Shown: in pieces, positions 1 through 9,671 of the stretch
Layout: each line of letters opens with the position of its first letter
Position numbering within the stretch: position 1 is the first letter of the stretch
Source of the DNA: Bryobacterales bacterium
Lineage (GTDB): Bacteria; Acidobacteriota; Terriglobia; Bryobacterales; Bryobacteraceae
Length of the DNA stretch: 64,000 bases
Assembly: GCA_963785255.1 (NCBI GenBank)
Contig: CAWAUR010000003.1
Span: forward strand, 443,057-507,056
Direction of reading: 5' to 3'
Position numbers and translations under genes: made by a program
The notes under the pieces: generated by a model
What the model was told of the DNA's origin: nothing
Database searches by the model: none
What the model saw: only the letters and a program-made list of their open reading frames with translations

Positions 1-1
1 A

Positions 2-373
2 GACTCGGGCGATGGATCGGGCATCGAAACCTGCGGCCCGAAACTGCATGGCTTCCTATGGGAAAATCGCGGGCCGGCGGTGGACATCTCTACTTTGTTC
101 GCGCCGCTATCATCGGGGCTGAACTTCTTTGCGGCCTGTTGCATCGCCGACGGCGGGGAAATTCTAGGCGTCGGCAGCCTGCCCGACGGCGATCTTCGTA
201 TGATGCTCATCGTGCCGTGCGACGCGAATCATGTGGATGCCCCCGCGTGCCACGCCGGCGCGGGCGAGTTGGTGGGCGCGGACGAAGCGAGTCAGGCACC
301 ACGCATCGAACCTTCGACAGTGGCAAGCTGGACCCACAATCGAGCCCAGATACACAAACCGGCACTCGAGTAG
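2..373 (+). CDS. 3' end of a secreted HAF-like repeat protein (partial; starts outside the window)
   Basis: Frame 2 is open from the window edge. The translation ..KLHGFLWENRGPAVDISTLF..GEILGVGSLPDGDLRMMLIVPCD has the same HGFLW / GEI.G signature as the next gene. Confidence 0.4.
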   Translation, partial: DSGDGSGIETCGPKLHGFLWENRGPAVDISTLFAPLSSGLNFFAACCIADGGEILGVGSLPDGDLRMMLIVPCDANHVDAPACHAGAGELVGADEASQAPRIEPSTVASWTHNRAQIHKPALE

Positions 374-419
374 CACTGCTTCTCAGGCGGGCTGACAAAG
401 GATTACGAGGAGAAAATAC

Positions 420-1517
420 ATGAAGAACATAATGCAAGCTAGGTTTCTCACATTTACGTTGCTGGCGGCGGGCGCCGCTATGCCAGTTCTGGCTCAACTC
501 AGCAAGCCAACCATCATTGAGTTCAACGCTCCGGGCGCGGGCACTGGCGCATACCAGGGGACCATAGCGGTCGGGATCAACGCGGCGGGCCTGATTACAG
601 GTTACTACTTCACCAGTGGCGGCTCCGTGGGTGCGTACGGCTTTGTTCGTACACCAGACGGCAACCTCCAGTCGTTCGCCCCTTCGGGCGCATACTACAC
701 CTATCCCCAAAGCATCAACCCGCAGGGGGAGATCGCGGGATACTCCTATGACAACGCCGTTGCCAGCGGCTTTCTGCGTACTCCGGGCGGCGATCTGATC
801 ACAATCGACCTTCCGGGAGGAGGCACAGGCTACGGCCAGGGCACGTTCGCTTGGAACATCAACCCGGCGGGAGAAATTGCCGGAACGTACACTGATGGGA
901 ACGGTGTGTCTCACGGGTTCCTGCGTGCTCCCGACGGTACCATCTCAACTTTCGATGTGCCCGGCGCCGGTACCGGCGCTAACCAGGGCACCTATATGGC
1001 AAGCTACGAAGGCCTCAGCGCGACTGGGGTCGTTGCGGGTTGGTACCTTGACGCCAACAATGTGAATCACGGCTACGTTCGTGCTGCCGATGCCACTATC
1101 ACTACGTTCGACGCGCCCGGCGCGGGCACCGGCGCGTATCAGGGCACCCTCGCTTACGGCATCAACCCTGCTGGGGAAATTCCAGGAGTCTACTACGACG
1201 AGAACAATGTGTTGCACGGCTTCCTGCGCTACCCCGGCGGCAATTTCACACCGATTGACGTCCCGGGCGCCGTGGGCACCAACGTACAGAACATCAGCTT
1301 TGTGGGCGCGATTGATGGAGACTACTACGACACGAATGGGGCGAGCCACGGCTTTGCGCGAACTCCCGGCGGCGCCATCGTCAGGTTCGATGCCCCGGGC
1401 GCGGGGGCCGACAATAACCAGGGTACCTACGTCGGAGCAAACAACGTTTGGGGTGATGTTCCGGGATACTACACTGACGCGAACAATGTGTATCACGGCT
1501 TCTTGTGGAAACCGTAA
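420..1517 (+). CDS. Secreted protein with seven ~49-aa HAF-like repeats (probable 7-bladed beta-propeller)
   Basis: N-terminal signal peptide (FLTFTLLAAGAAMPVLAQ). Seven copies of FD.PGAGTG..QGT....IN.AGEI.G.Y.D.N.V.HGFLR.P.G. AGGAG lies upstream of the ATG. Confidence 0.65.
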   Translation: MKNIMQARFLTFTLLAAGAAMPVLAQLSKPTIIEFNAPGAGTGAYQGTIAVGINAAGLITGYYFTSGGSVGAYGFVRTPDGNLQSFAPSGAYYTYPQSINPQGEIAGYSYDNAVASGFLRTPGGDLITIDLPGGGTGYGQGTFAWNINPAGEIAGTYTDGNGVSHGFLRAPDGTISTFDVPGAGTGANQGTYMASYEGLSATGVVAGWYLDANNVNHGYVRAADATITTFDAPGAGTGAYQGTLAYGINPAGEIPGVYYDENNVLHGFLRYPGGNFTPIDVPGAVGTNVQNISFVGAIDGDYYDTNGASHGFARTPGGAIVRFDAPGAGADNNQGTYVGANNVWGDVPGYYTDANNVYHGFLWKP

Positions 1518-1774
1518 GACTCGCAGCCGGAGACTGCGTCATGCAGGCTCCGGCGGACTTGTGTTTCCGCCCGCTGGTAACCTGCTAATAATGACGGGGG
1601 CAGGGCGACGCCCCGAGGAGGCGCTCGCTCAATACACTCGCGCCGTGGCTCCGGTGGAGAAACGCGGAGGACCCGAACACCCGTTGTTGGCTCCTCCGTT
1701 CGATTCGCAGGATATATTCCCGCCTGGAAAGCATCCAGGATCGACCCGATGGTTGCATTGCGGTCGAATTAGGT

Positions 1775-1812
1775 GTAGGACGGGCCTCCTGGCCAGGCCT
1801 CCTGGCCTGTCC
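1775..1812. repeat. REP element (GTAGGAC.GGCC..GGCCTGTCC family)
   Basis: GTAGGACGGGCCTCCTGGCCAGGCCTCCTGGCCTGTCC. The same palindrome family recurs at more than 12 intergenic sites in the window. Confidence 0.8.
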
Positions 1813-1846
1813 AGGGCAAGCTCGCGGAACGGCGTGCCCGCTCCAC

Positions 1847-3310
1847 TTAAAACACCGAGCCGGGCGTTTGCCGAATCTCCAGGCATCCTCTTCCGGTGGG
1901 CAGTAGCTTGCCGGGATTTAGCCGTAGGTCCGGGTCAAACAGCCGCTTGAAGGCGCCCATCGTGGCCAGAGTTTCCGGCTTGAATTGCCACGCCATCATT
2001 TCATTCTTTTCCATGCCGACGCCGTGCTCGCCGGTAATCGATCCGCCCACGCTGAGGCAGTGCGCCAGGATCTCTTCGCCTGCATGGCGGGCCTTGTCGA
2101 GATCGCCCGGCTTGCGCGCATCGAATAGGATGATGGGATGCAAATTGCCGTCGCCTGCATGGAAAATATTGCTAATAGTCAGTCCGTACTTTTGGCCGAC
2201 CTGGGCGATGACAGTAAGTGTCGGGGCGATCTGAGTGCGCGGCACCACGCCATCCTGCACGTAATACGTTGGACTGACGCGGCCGACTGCGCCGAACGCG
2301 TTCTTGCGCGCCTTCCACAGCAACTCGCGTTCTTCGGCCGTTTTGGCGACGCGGACTTCGCGCGCATGGCAGGCCTCGCATACCTCCTGGATCTGCGCAG
2401 CCTGCTCTTCCACATTCTCGCGCAGGCCTTCCAGTTCGATCAGCAGGACGGCTGCCGCATCCATGGGAATCCCGGCATGGGTGGCTTCTTCGGCCATGCG
2501 CAGCATCACTCCATCGAGCATCTCGACGGCCACGGGAACGATGGCGCGCGCGGTGATCTCGGCCACCGTCGCGCCGCAATCATCCACGCCGGTCGAATCG
2601 ACGGCAAGTGTTTCGATGTCGAGGGAGCCAGAATCGTAGATCGCCAAAATGGTTTTCACCGCCTCCGGCTTACGCATGAGACGCACCATGATCTTAGTGA
2701 TCAGCGCCAGGGTGCCTTCCGAGCCCGTCAGCAAGCCGGCGAGATCGTAGCCCGGCAGGTCGGTTTCTTTGCCGCCGGTAGTGACCACGGTTCCGTCCGC
2801 GAGAACGCATTCGAGGCCCAGGACGTGGTTGGTGGTCACGCCGTAGGCCAGCGTGTGCGGTCCGCCGGCGTTTTCGGCGACATTGCCGCCGATAGTGCAG
2901 GCGCGCTGGCTGGAGGGATCGGGCGCGTAGAAGTAGCCTTGCGATTGCACGGCCAGGGTGATATCCAGATTGACCACGCCGGGCTCCACGACCGCGCGTT
3001 CATTTTCGATGTCGATTTCCAGGATGCGGTTCATGCGCGCGAAACTCACCACCACGCCGCCTTCGCGCGGGATCGCGCCGCCGCTCAGTCCGGTGCCGGC
3101 GCCGCGGCCCACGATGGGCACGCCGGATTCAGCGGTGATCTTAACGATGGCCACCACGTCTTCGGTGGAGCGCGGAAAGACCACCATCTCGGGACGGCCC
3201 GTTTCCACGCTGGCATCGTATTCATAGAGCGCCAGGTCTTCGGGGCGGTCAAGGCATCCGCGGGCGCCGAGCAGATCAGTCAGCCGCCGCCTGGCCTCGG
3301 GGAGGAGCAT
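1847..3310 (-). CDS. glcD: FAD-linked oxidase, GlcD-like (glycolate or D-lactate oxidase subunit)
   Basis: 487-aa ORF. FAD-binding PCMH-type N-terminus (VVFPRSTEDVVAIVKITAESGVPIVGRGAGTGLSGGA) and C-terminal GEHGVG motif typical of GlcD/D-LDH. Confidence 0.85.
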   Translation of the reverse strand: MLLPEARRRLTDLLGARGCLDRPEDLALYEYDASVETGRPEMVVFPRSTEDVVAIVKITAESGVPIVGRGAGTGLSGGAIPREGGVVVSFARMNRILEIDIENERAVVEPGVVNLDITLAVQSQGYFYAPDPSSQRACTIGGNVAENAGGPHTLAYGVTTNHVLGLECVLADGTVVTTGGKETDLPGYDLAGLLTGSEGTLALITKIMVRLMRKPEAVKTILAIYDSGSLDIETLAVDSTGVDDCGATVAEITARAIVPVAVEMLDGVMLRMAEEATHAGIPMDAAAVLLIELEGLRENVEEQAAQIQEVCEACHAREVRVAKTAEERELLWKARKNAFGAVGRVSPTYYVQDGVVPRTQIAPTLTVIAQVGQKYGLTISNIFHAGDGNLHPIILFDARKPGDLDKARHAGEEILAHCLSVGGSITGEHGVGMEKNEMMAWQFKPETLATMGAFKRLFDPDLRLNPGKLLPTGRGCLEIRQTPGSVF

Positions 3311-3318
3311 GTCTTATC

Positions 3319-3520
3319 GTAGGACAGGCCTCCTGGCCTGTCCAGTAGGCGAGCGTTGCTCGCCAAAGGCGAGGGTTGCTCGCCAAAGAGCGGGCCTACG
3401 AGGCCCGCGCAGGCAGAGTGCCTGCCCCACAACGGCGGGCAGAATGTAGAAAGTCGAGAGGACGGGACTGCTGGCCTGTCCATCCGGCGTGGGGCAGGGT
3501 GCGGCAGTGCCTGCCCCACA
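3319..3520. repeat. Composite REP cluster in the divergent glcD/uxaC intergenic region
   Basis: Contains four palindromes in series: GTAGGACAGGCCTCCTGGCCTGTCC, two GGCGAGCGTTGCTCGCC-type hairpins, GCGGGCCTACGAGGCCCGC, and two GCCTGCCCCACA-type arms. Confidence 0.8.
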
Positions 3521-3554
3521 AATGGATTATGCTGGTGCGTTGGAGCGGTAGGCG

Positions 3555-4952
3555 ATGCCCTTCATCACCCGCGATTTTCTGCTCAACAATCCGGCCGCCA
3601 GACGGCTGTATCATGACTTTGCCGAGCCGGAGCCCATCCTCGATTACCATTGCCATCTCCCGCCGCAAGATATCGCCGCGAACCGCCGGTTCGCCGATCT
3701 GGCCGCTATCTGGCTGGAGGGCGATCATTATAAGTGGCGCGCCATGCGGGCTAACGGCGTGGATGAGCGTTACTGCACGGGCGATGCGCCGCCATTCGAG
3801 AAGTTCCGCGCGTGGGCGGCCACCGTTCCTCAAACGTTGCGCAATCCTTTGTATCATTGGACGCATCTCGAACTGAAGCGCTACTTCGGCGTGGACGAGT
3901 TGCTGGATGAGGAGAGCGCTCCGCGCATCTGGGAACAGGCCAATGCGCTGCTGGCTACGCCGGACTTGCGCACGCATGGCATACTGGGCCGGTTTCGCGT
4001 GACGCACTTGTGCACCACGGACGATCCCACGGACGACCTAGCGTGCCATCGCGCGATTCAGGCGTCGGCCCTTGAAACCCGCGTATTCCCGGCTTTTCGT
4101 CCGGATAAGGCGCTGATGGTTCACCGGCCCGAACTCTTCAATCCGTGGGTGGAGCAGTTAGCGGCCGCGAGTGACGTAGATATCGGCTCACTCGACGATT
4201 TCACGGACGCATTGCTGCGCAGGCACGACGAGTTTCACGAATTAGGCGCGCGTCTGTCCGATCATGGGCTCAACCAGTGCTACGCGTCATTCTGCGCGGA
4301 TCGCGAAGCCGCCCGAGTGTTCGACCGGGCGCGCGCGGGGCACGCTGCCGGCGCGGACGAACAGGCTGCCTTTGCGTCCTTTATGATGCTCTTCTTTGGG
4401 CATTTGGACGCCGAAAAAGGTTGGACCAAGCAACTCCACTTAGGCGCTTATCGCAGCGCCAATACGCGGCGCCTCGGCGAAGTAGGTCCGGATTCGGGTT
4501 TCGATTCGATCGGCGATTGGCCGCAAGTGGCCTCGTTGGGCGCATATCTGGACCGCTTAGAGATGGAGAACGCGCTGCCGAAGATGATTATCTACAATGT
4601 CAACCCGATTGATAATTATGCGCTCGCGACCATGACCGGTAACTTCCAGGACGGTAAGATCGCCGGCAAGATACAATTCGGCAGCGGCTGGTGGTTTCTG
4701 GATCAAAAGGAAGGCATGGAATGGCAGATCAATGCGTTGTCGAATACGGGTTTGCTGTCGCGGTTCATCGGCATGCTGACCGATTCACGATCGTTCATGT
4801 CTTATCCGCGGCACGAGTATTTCCGGCGGGTGTTATGTAGCTTGATTGGGGAAGATATGGAACGGGGCTTGATTCCGGATAGCAATGAGTTAGTCGGACC
4901 GATGATCCGGAATATCTGTTACGGAAACGCGAAGGAGTATCTGGCGCTGTAG
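3555..4952 (+). CDS. uxaC: Glucuronate (uronate) isomerase
   Basis: 465 aa. MPFITRDFLLNN..LYHDFA...PILDYHCHLPPQDIA and ..KIQFGSGWWFLDQKEGM.. are classic UxaC motifs. Confidence 0.92.
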   Translation: MPFITRDFLLNNPAARRLYHDFAEPEPILDYHCHLPPQDIAANRRFADLAAIWLEGDHYKWRAMRANGVDERYCTGDAPPFEKFRAWAATVPQTLRNPLYHWTHLELKRYFGVDELLDEESAPRIWEQANALLATPDLRTHGILGRFRVTHLCTTDDPTDDLACHRAIQASALETRVFPAFRPDKALMVHRPELFNPWVEQLAAASDVDIGSLDDFTDALLRRHDEFHELGARLSDHGLNQCYASFCADREAARVFDRARAGHAAGADEQAAFASFMMLFFGHLDAEKGWTKQLHLGAYRSANTRRLGEVGPDSGFDSIGDWPQVASLGAYLDRLEMENALPKMIIYNVNPIDNYALATMTGNFQDGKIAGKIQFGSGWWFLDQKEGMEWQINALSNTGLLSRFIGMLTDSRSFMSYPRHEYFRRVLCSLIGEDMERGLIPDSNELVGPMIRNICYGNAKEYLAL

Positions 4953-5017
4953 GACAGGCCTCCCGGCCTGTCCAAGACGAGCGAAACTCGCCGAAGAGCG
5001 GGCCTACGAGGCCCGCG
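4949..5017. repeat. REP cluster; supplies the uxaC TAG stop and forms the 3' exon flank of the intron
   Basis: GTAGGACAGGCCTCCCGGCCTGTCC, then GCGAAACTCGCC, then GCGGGCCTACGAGGCCCGCG. The uxaC stop codon (4950-4952) is the TAG of the GTAG head. Confidence 0.8.
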
Positions 5018-6952
5018 GTCGCGGTAGGGATGCCGGTTGCCCGGCACCCCCCGCACAGATCCGTGCGAGCGCTCCTAACGCACACGGTTCTTACCTTGGA
5101 TGTGCTGCCACGCAAAGCGAACGTCAGGATACGGATGCAGAATTTCGACGTCCGGGATGAGGCACCCGAGTTTCTCCCAAAATTTGTTCCAGGTCCAGCG
5201 GGTTCTTTGACTCCGCCGCCGAAGCTGCCACCACCACATGCGTAGCACTTCGTGCCGGAACGCTTTCAGTCGTTCCTCGTTGCGCGGCACGGCGTGATAT
5301 CGGAAATATCCGCGAACCACCGATTGCAGCCACCCCGTCGTGTCCGGAACCCGCGCATGCAAGCGTTGGCGGAGCTGTTGCCGAATCTTCTTCAGCTTGG
5401 CGGCCATCCGTTTGCCGATCGTCTTCCGCAGCACCATGAAGTACCCCGTCGCGTGATTCTTCCCACAGATGTGAGTGAAACCCAAAAAGTTGAAGGTTTC
5501 CGGCTTCCCTTCCCCACGCTTCGCCCGCCGTTCAGCGGCATAGCGCCCAAATTCGATCAGGCGCGTCTTCTCCGGATGCAATTCCAGCCCGAACTTCCGC
5601 ACGCGTTCCCGCAATTGCGCCAGAAACTTTTCGGCCTCTTCCCGGTCCTGGAATCCGAACACCACGTCGTCCGCGTACCGCACCGCGATCATGTCGCCGT
5701 GCGCCACCTTCTTCCGCCATGCCTGCACCCACAGATCGAGCACGTAATGCAGGTAGAGATTGGCTAGCAACGGCGAAATCACCGCCCCTTGTGGGGTCCC
5801 TTCCTTCGTCTCGTACCACTGTCCGTCCTCCATCACGCCCGCCTTCAACCATTTCAGGATCAAGCGGACGAGCCGTTCATCTCCTATCCGATGCCGTACG
5901 AACTTTTCCATCTGAGCGTGTTCGACTTTGTCGAAAAACGACCGGATGTCTAAGTCCAGAACGTAGTTCACCTTCTTGCTGGTGATCCCGACGTAGAGCG
6001 CGTCTAGTGCGTCGTGCTGCTTGCGCCCCGGCCGGAACCCGTACGAAATGCCCAGAAAGTCCTCTTCCCAGATCGGATTGAGAACCGCGACCACCGCTGC
6101 CTGGGCGATTTTGTCTTCCAGGGCGGCGATGCCCAATGGCCGTTTCCGCCCATCGGCTTTGTCGATCCAGACTCTCCGCGACGGTTGCGCGCGATAGGCC
6201 CCGCGATGGATGCGTCCATGGAGGTCGGCGAGCCGCTCCTCCAGTTCGTCCCCGTAGGCTTGCCACGTCACCCCGTCCACTCCCGCCGCCGCTTGCCTTT
6301 GCAGGTCGTAGTAGCTGCTGCGGAGCAGGTCGATAGTGACGTGATGCAGCAGGGCGGTGAACCGCAACTGCTTGTCCTTCTGCGCTGCTTGACGTACACG
6401 GTCCAGCCCGCTTGGCCCGCTTTCCCGGCCTTGCATCCGGTACGGGTTAGGCTCTTCCGCATTCTCCTCGGTCAGCGGCCTTCCCTCCGCGATCTCCTTC
6501 GGCCCTCCCTGGCCTGCGTTCGACCGCTTCGTCGGTACTACGCCGCTGTGCGACTCCCCGCCGCCGTGCATCTGGGTCTTATCGCTCATCGCTTTCTCCC
6601 AGCGTTCCGCCCTCTACCGGCGGCGGAAAGCCACGGGGTCTCTCGGTTCTCGCGCGTGAAGTTTCTATGCGTGCGTGGGGTCTACGACTCCGCAGGGCCG
6701 CAACGTGCTCGCGCTGTTTACGCACGCTGCCGTGTTGCCTTCCGGTTAGCCTGACACCGTCGGCGCCCATGATTTTGGCAATTTCGGAGCTCATCAACTT
6801 CAGGGATACCCAGCCCACATATGCCCCAGGCCAACGCTTCAAGTGCGTCGTTGCCGCCGCCCTCACATGGCTCGGGGTCAGGATGGTTCGCTACTCCTTT
6901 CCTGTATGACTCTTTCATTCACTACTTCACGCCGGTTTATCCCGACGCTATC
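5018..6952 (-). mobile_element. Group II intron (about 1.9 kb, endonuclease-less RT/maturase) inserted in a composite REP
   Basis: Contains an RT/maturase ORF. The 3' end has a D5-like hairpin (GAACCGUGUGCG..CGCACGGAUC), a 3-nt linker, then a 14-bp D6-like stem with GCAA loop and a bulged A 8 nt from the ..GAC end. The flanks rejoin to match the intact REP at 49521-49575. The 5' end is not canonical (GAUAG at the junction; nearest GUGAA at 6930). Confidence 0.75.
5075..6589 (-). CDS. Group II intron reverse transcriptase/maturase
   Basis: ..RFTALLHHVT..AAAGVDGVTWQAY.., ISPLLANLYLH, YADDVVFGF (RT5) and FNFLGFTH (thumb/X). No HNH/En domain. The start is uncertain; an internal Met (MQGRESG) is possible. 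Confidence 0.9.
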   Translation of the reverse strand: MSDKTQMHGGGESHSGVVPTKRSNAGQGGPKEIAEGRPLTEENAEEPNPYRMQGRESGPSGLDRVRQAAQKDKQLRFTALLHHVTIDLLRSSYYDLQRQAAAGVDGVTWQAYGDELEERLADLHGRIHRGAYRAQPSRRVWIDKADGRKRPLGIAALEDKIAQAAVVAVLNPIWEEDFLGISYGFRPGRKQHDALDALYVGITSKKVNYVLDLDIRSFFDKVEHAQMEKFVRHRIGDERLVRLILKWLKAGVMEDGQWYETKEGTPQGAVISPLLANLYLHYVLDLWVQAWRKKVAHGDMIAVRYADDVVFGFQDREEAEKFLAQLRERVRKFGLELHPEKTRLIEFGRYAAERRAKRGEGKPETFNFLGFTHICGKNHATGYFMVLRKTIGKRMAAKLKKIRQQLRQRLHARVPDTTGWLQSVVRGYFRYHAVPRNEERLKAFRHEVLRMWWWQLRRRSQRTRWTWNKFWEKLGCLIPDVEILHPYPDVRFAWQHIQGKNRVR

Positions 6953-6975
6953 CAGGCTACGAGCCTGCCCCACAA

Positions 6976-8202
6976 TCAGTCGCGTCCTACAAGCCAGTGA
7001 ATGAAGGCAAAAGCCACCAGATAGACCGATCCCGCGATCACAAACAACGGCGCATACGCGCCATGCGACCACTCCAGCCAATAGCCGACCATGGGCGCGA
7101 TCAGCATGCCGCCCGTGGCGCCGGCGAGTCCACCCAATCCCACGACCGAACCCACTGCGTTGCGCGGAAATAAGTCGGAAGCCAGCGTATATAGGTTCGC
7201 GGAGAAGCCCTGATGCGCGGCGGTGGCCACTCCGACCAAAACCACGGCCAGCCACATATTGCCGCGCGACGTCCCCACGAAGACCACCGATGTAACAGCC
7301 ACGGCGCAGATAAACATGGCGGTTTCGCGGGCGCGATTGGGCCGCCAGCCGCGCTTCAAAAGGGCCGACGGAATCCAGCCGCCGCCGATCGATCCGATGG
7401 TGGAGAACTGATACACGACGACGATGGGAAGGCCCAAGTGAGATAAGTCCAGTCCATAGACGCCGTGCAGAAATTTCGGCAGCCAGAAAAGATAGAACCA
7501 CCACGCCGGATCGGTGAGGAACTTTCCGATGATAAAAGCCCACGCCGCGCGGCTTCTGAGTAACGCGGCTAGCGGAGGAGCCGGTTCCGACACGGGCGAG
7601 GGCGCCTGCGCCTGGCGCGCTCCGCGCATGAACCAGATCCAAAGCGCCACCCACGCCACGCCGCATCCGCCAGTTGCGATAAATGCCGCGCGCCATCCGT
7701 AATTGAGCGCGATGAAAGGAACGGTTAACGGCGCAGCGATAGCGCCGATATTCGCGCCGCTGTTGAAGATGCCGGTGGCCAACGCGCGTTCGCGTTGCGG
7801 GAACCAATCGGCCACCGTGCGAATGGCCGCGGGAAAGTTCGCCGATTCGCTTAGACCGAGGGCGAATCGCGCTACTCCGAAGCCCAAGGCGGAGCGTGCC
7901 AACGCGTGTGCCATGGCGGCGGCGCTCCACATGGCGACGGCCACGGCGTAGCCCAGGCGAGTGCCGGCCCAGTCGATCAGCCGGCCGGCGATGGGCATCA
8001 TCAACGCGTAGGCCAGTTGGAATGCGAAAACAATCCAGCCGTAATCCGACTCCCGCCAGCCGAATTCCTTTTCGAGTACCGGCGACAATAACCCGAGCAC
8101 CTGGCGATCGACGTAGTTGATGGTGGTCGCGAAAAACAGGAGCCCGCACACATACCAGCGGAGGCGGGGCGCGGATTGCCGGACGGCGCCTGCGATTTCC
8201 AT
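6976..8202 (-). CDS. MFS transporter, ACS family (hexuronate transporter-like)
   Basis: RWYVCGLLFFATTINYVDRQVLGLLSPVLEKEFGW..YGWIVFAFQLAYA resembles ExuT-type MFS proteins, and uxaC is a neighbour. The ORF extends to 8253; Met-18 was chosen to avoid overlapping the upstream gene. Confidence 0.75.
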   Translation of the reverse strand: MEIAGAVRQSAPRLRWYVCGLLFFATTINYVDRQVLGLLSPVLEKEFGWRESDYGWIVFAFQLAYALMMPIAGRLIDWAGTRLGYAVAVAMWSAAAMAHALARSALGFGVARFALGLSESANFPAAIRTVADWFPQRERALATGIFNSGANIGAIAAPLTVPFIALNYGWRAAFIATGGCGVAWVALWIWFMRGARQAQAPSPVSEPAPPLAALLRSRAAWAFIIGKFLTDPAWWFYLFWLPKFLHGVYGLDLSHLGLPIVVVYQFSTIGSIGGGWIPSALLKRGWRPNRARETAMFICAVAVTSVVFVGTSRGNMWLAVVLVGVATAAHQGFSANLYTLASDLFPRNAVGSVVGLGGLAGATGGMLIAPMVGYWLEWSHGAYAPLFVIAGSVYLVAFAFIHWLVGRD

Positions 8203-8224
8203 CGCCTTCCAATATAGTTCAGCG

Positions 8225-9088
8225 CTATCCGCGGCGGTTCTGCCACCAGGCATTGAGCAGGGTTGCGGAGAGAATCAGCACACCGCCCGCAATCGAGCCG
8301 GCGGCCGGCCGTTCGCCTTCCACCAGCCAGACCCACACCGGGTTCAACGCCGGTTCCAGAAGCAGTACGGTAGTGGCTTCGAACGCGGGCACGTGCCGGA
8401 TGGCGCGGGTCACGAATAAGTAAGCCAGTCCGATCTGAAAAACTCCCAGATAGAGGAGCACCGCCGTGTTGAGCCAGCCTATGTGTGGAGGAGGCAACGC
8501 TTTTGGCAGAGTTACTAAGCAGGCTAAAAGATTGCCTAAGACGACCGTGGCGGTGGCGGCATTGCCCGCGCCCTCGCGCCGGCCGAGCCAGCGCAAGCCC
8601 GAAACTGTGAGCGCCCAACTGAAGCCTGAAGCGGCGCCCAGCAGATTACCCGCGCGCGGATCGGGCGCCGTGGCTACGGCGGGTTGCGCCGAGCCGAAAC
8701 ATAGGATCATGCCTCCGGCCACGGCGCACAGAAAGAGCAAGTCGGAGCGGCTGAGTGGCTCTTTCAACAACAGCGGACCGATCAACAATAAGTACAGCGG
8801 CGCGCTGGATTGCAAGTAAATGGCGTTCGCCGAAGTGGTCAGTTTGGTGGCCAGCGTGAAGAAAACCAGCGTGGCGGCATAGGCGGCAGCTACCGGCAGC
8901 AGAGTCCAGCGCCAATGCCGCCGCCCATCGGGGACGAAGACGGCCAGCGCGAGCGCCGCGATGCCCGAACGGAAGCTGGCGATCTGCCAGGGAGTCATCG
9001 AGATGGCTTTGATGGCTGCGCCGCCGGTGGAAAATAAGACAGCCGCGGCCATCAACAGCAGCCAGTTTGTTGCGCGCGAGCGAGGCAC
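8225..9088 (-). CDS. DMT/EamA family transporter
   Basis: 287 aa with about 10 hydrophobic helices and two EamA-like halves. Composition is typical of the family. Confidence 0.7.
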   Translation of the reverse strand: MPRSRATNWLLLMAAAVLFSTGGAAIKAISMTPWQIASFRSGIAALALAVFVPDGRRHWRWTLLPVAAAYAATLVFFTLATKLTTSANAIYLQSSAPLYLLLIGPLLLKEPLSRSDLLFLCAVAGGMILCFGSAQPAVATAPDPRAGNLLGAASGFSWALTVSGLRWLGRREGAGNAATATVVLGNLLACLVTLPKALPPPHIGWLNTAVLLYLGVFQIGLAYLFVTRAIRHVPAFEATTVLLLEPALNPVWVWLVEGERPAAGSIAGGVLILSATLLNAWWQNRRG

Positions 9089-9161
9089 GAGGATCTATTA
9101 GAGTAACAGGACTATACAAACGCGCCGCTTCCGACGTATCCTGAAAGTTTAGAGGACAGCA

Positions 9162-9635
9162 TTGCGCACCATCTCCAAGAAGACGAAGTATGCCCTGGAA
9201 GCTCTTTACTCACTAAGCCGCCACTATGGTGAAGGTCCCATCCTGGTGCACAATGTGGCGGCCGAAGAATCCATTCCGCTGAAGTTCTTACAAGCCATCT
9301 TGTTAGAGCTGCGCAATCGCGGCGTAGTGATGAGCAAGAAAGGGCGCGCGGGCGGATATGAATTGAGCCGGCCGCCGGAAGAGATCACGGTGGGCTCGGT
9401 GATCCGCATGATTGAAGGTCCGCTGGCGCCTTTACCTTGCGCGCGCGAAACCAATTACCGGCGATGCGATGAGTGTCAGGATGAACTGACGTGCGGCACG
9501 CGAATCGTGATGCGCCGCGTGCGCGACGCCACGGCGCATATTCTGGATAGCACGACGCTGGCGGATGTTATCCGTGAGGTGGATAAGGCGAAGGAGATGG
9601 AAGCGCACGGCCCGGCGGTGAGCTTCAATATTTGA
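9162..9635 (+). CDS. Rrf2 family transcriptional regulator (Cys-rich, possibly Fe-S)
   Basis: MRTISKKTKYALEALYSLS..PILVHNVAAEESIPLKFLQAILLELRNRGVVMSKKGRAGGY. Has a C-terminal Cys cluster. TTG start. Confidence 0.85.
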   Translation: MRTISKKTKYALEALYSLSRHYGEGPILVHNVAAEESIPLKFLQAILLELRNRGVVMSKKGRAGGYELSRPPEEITVGSVIRMIEGPLAPLPCARETNYRRCDECQDELTCGTRIVMRRVRDATAHILDSTTLADVIREVDKAKEMEAHGPAVSFNI

Positions 9636-9671
9636 GTAGGCCCGCGGGACAGGCCGGGAGGCCTGTCCTAC
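9636..9671. repeat. REP element between convergent genes
   Basis: GTAGGCCCGCGGGACAGGCCGGGAGGCCTGTCCTAC. Its minus-strand TAG is the tsaE stop codon. Confidence 0.8.

Noticed and set aside
9089-9161. Rrf2 operator in the divergent EamA/Rrf2 intergenic region
   Set aside because: There is only a weak partial dyad (TATTAGAGT..AGGACTATA), with too many mismatches to support a call.
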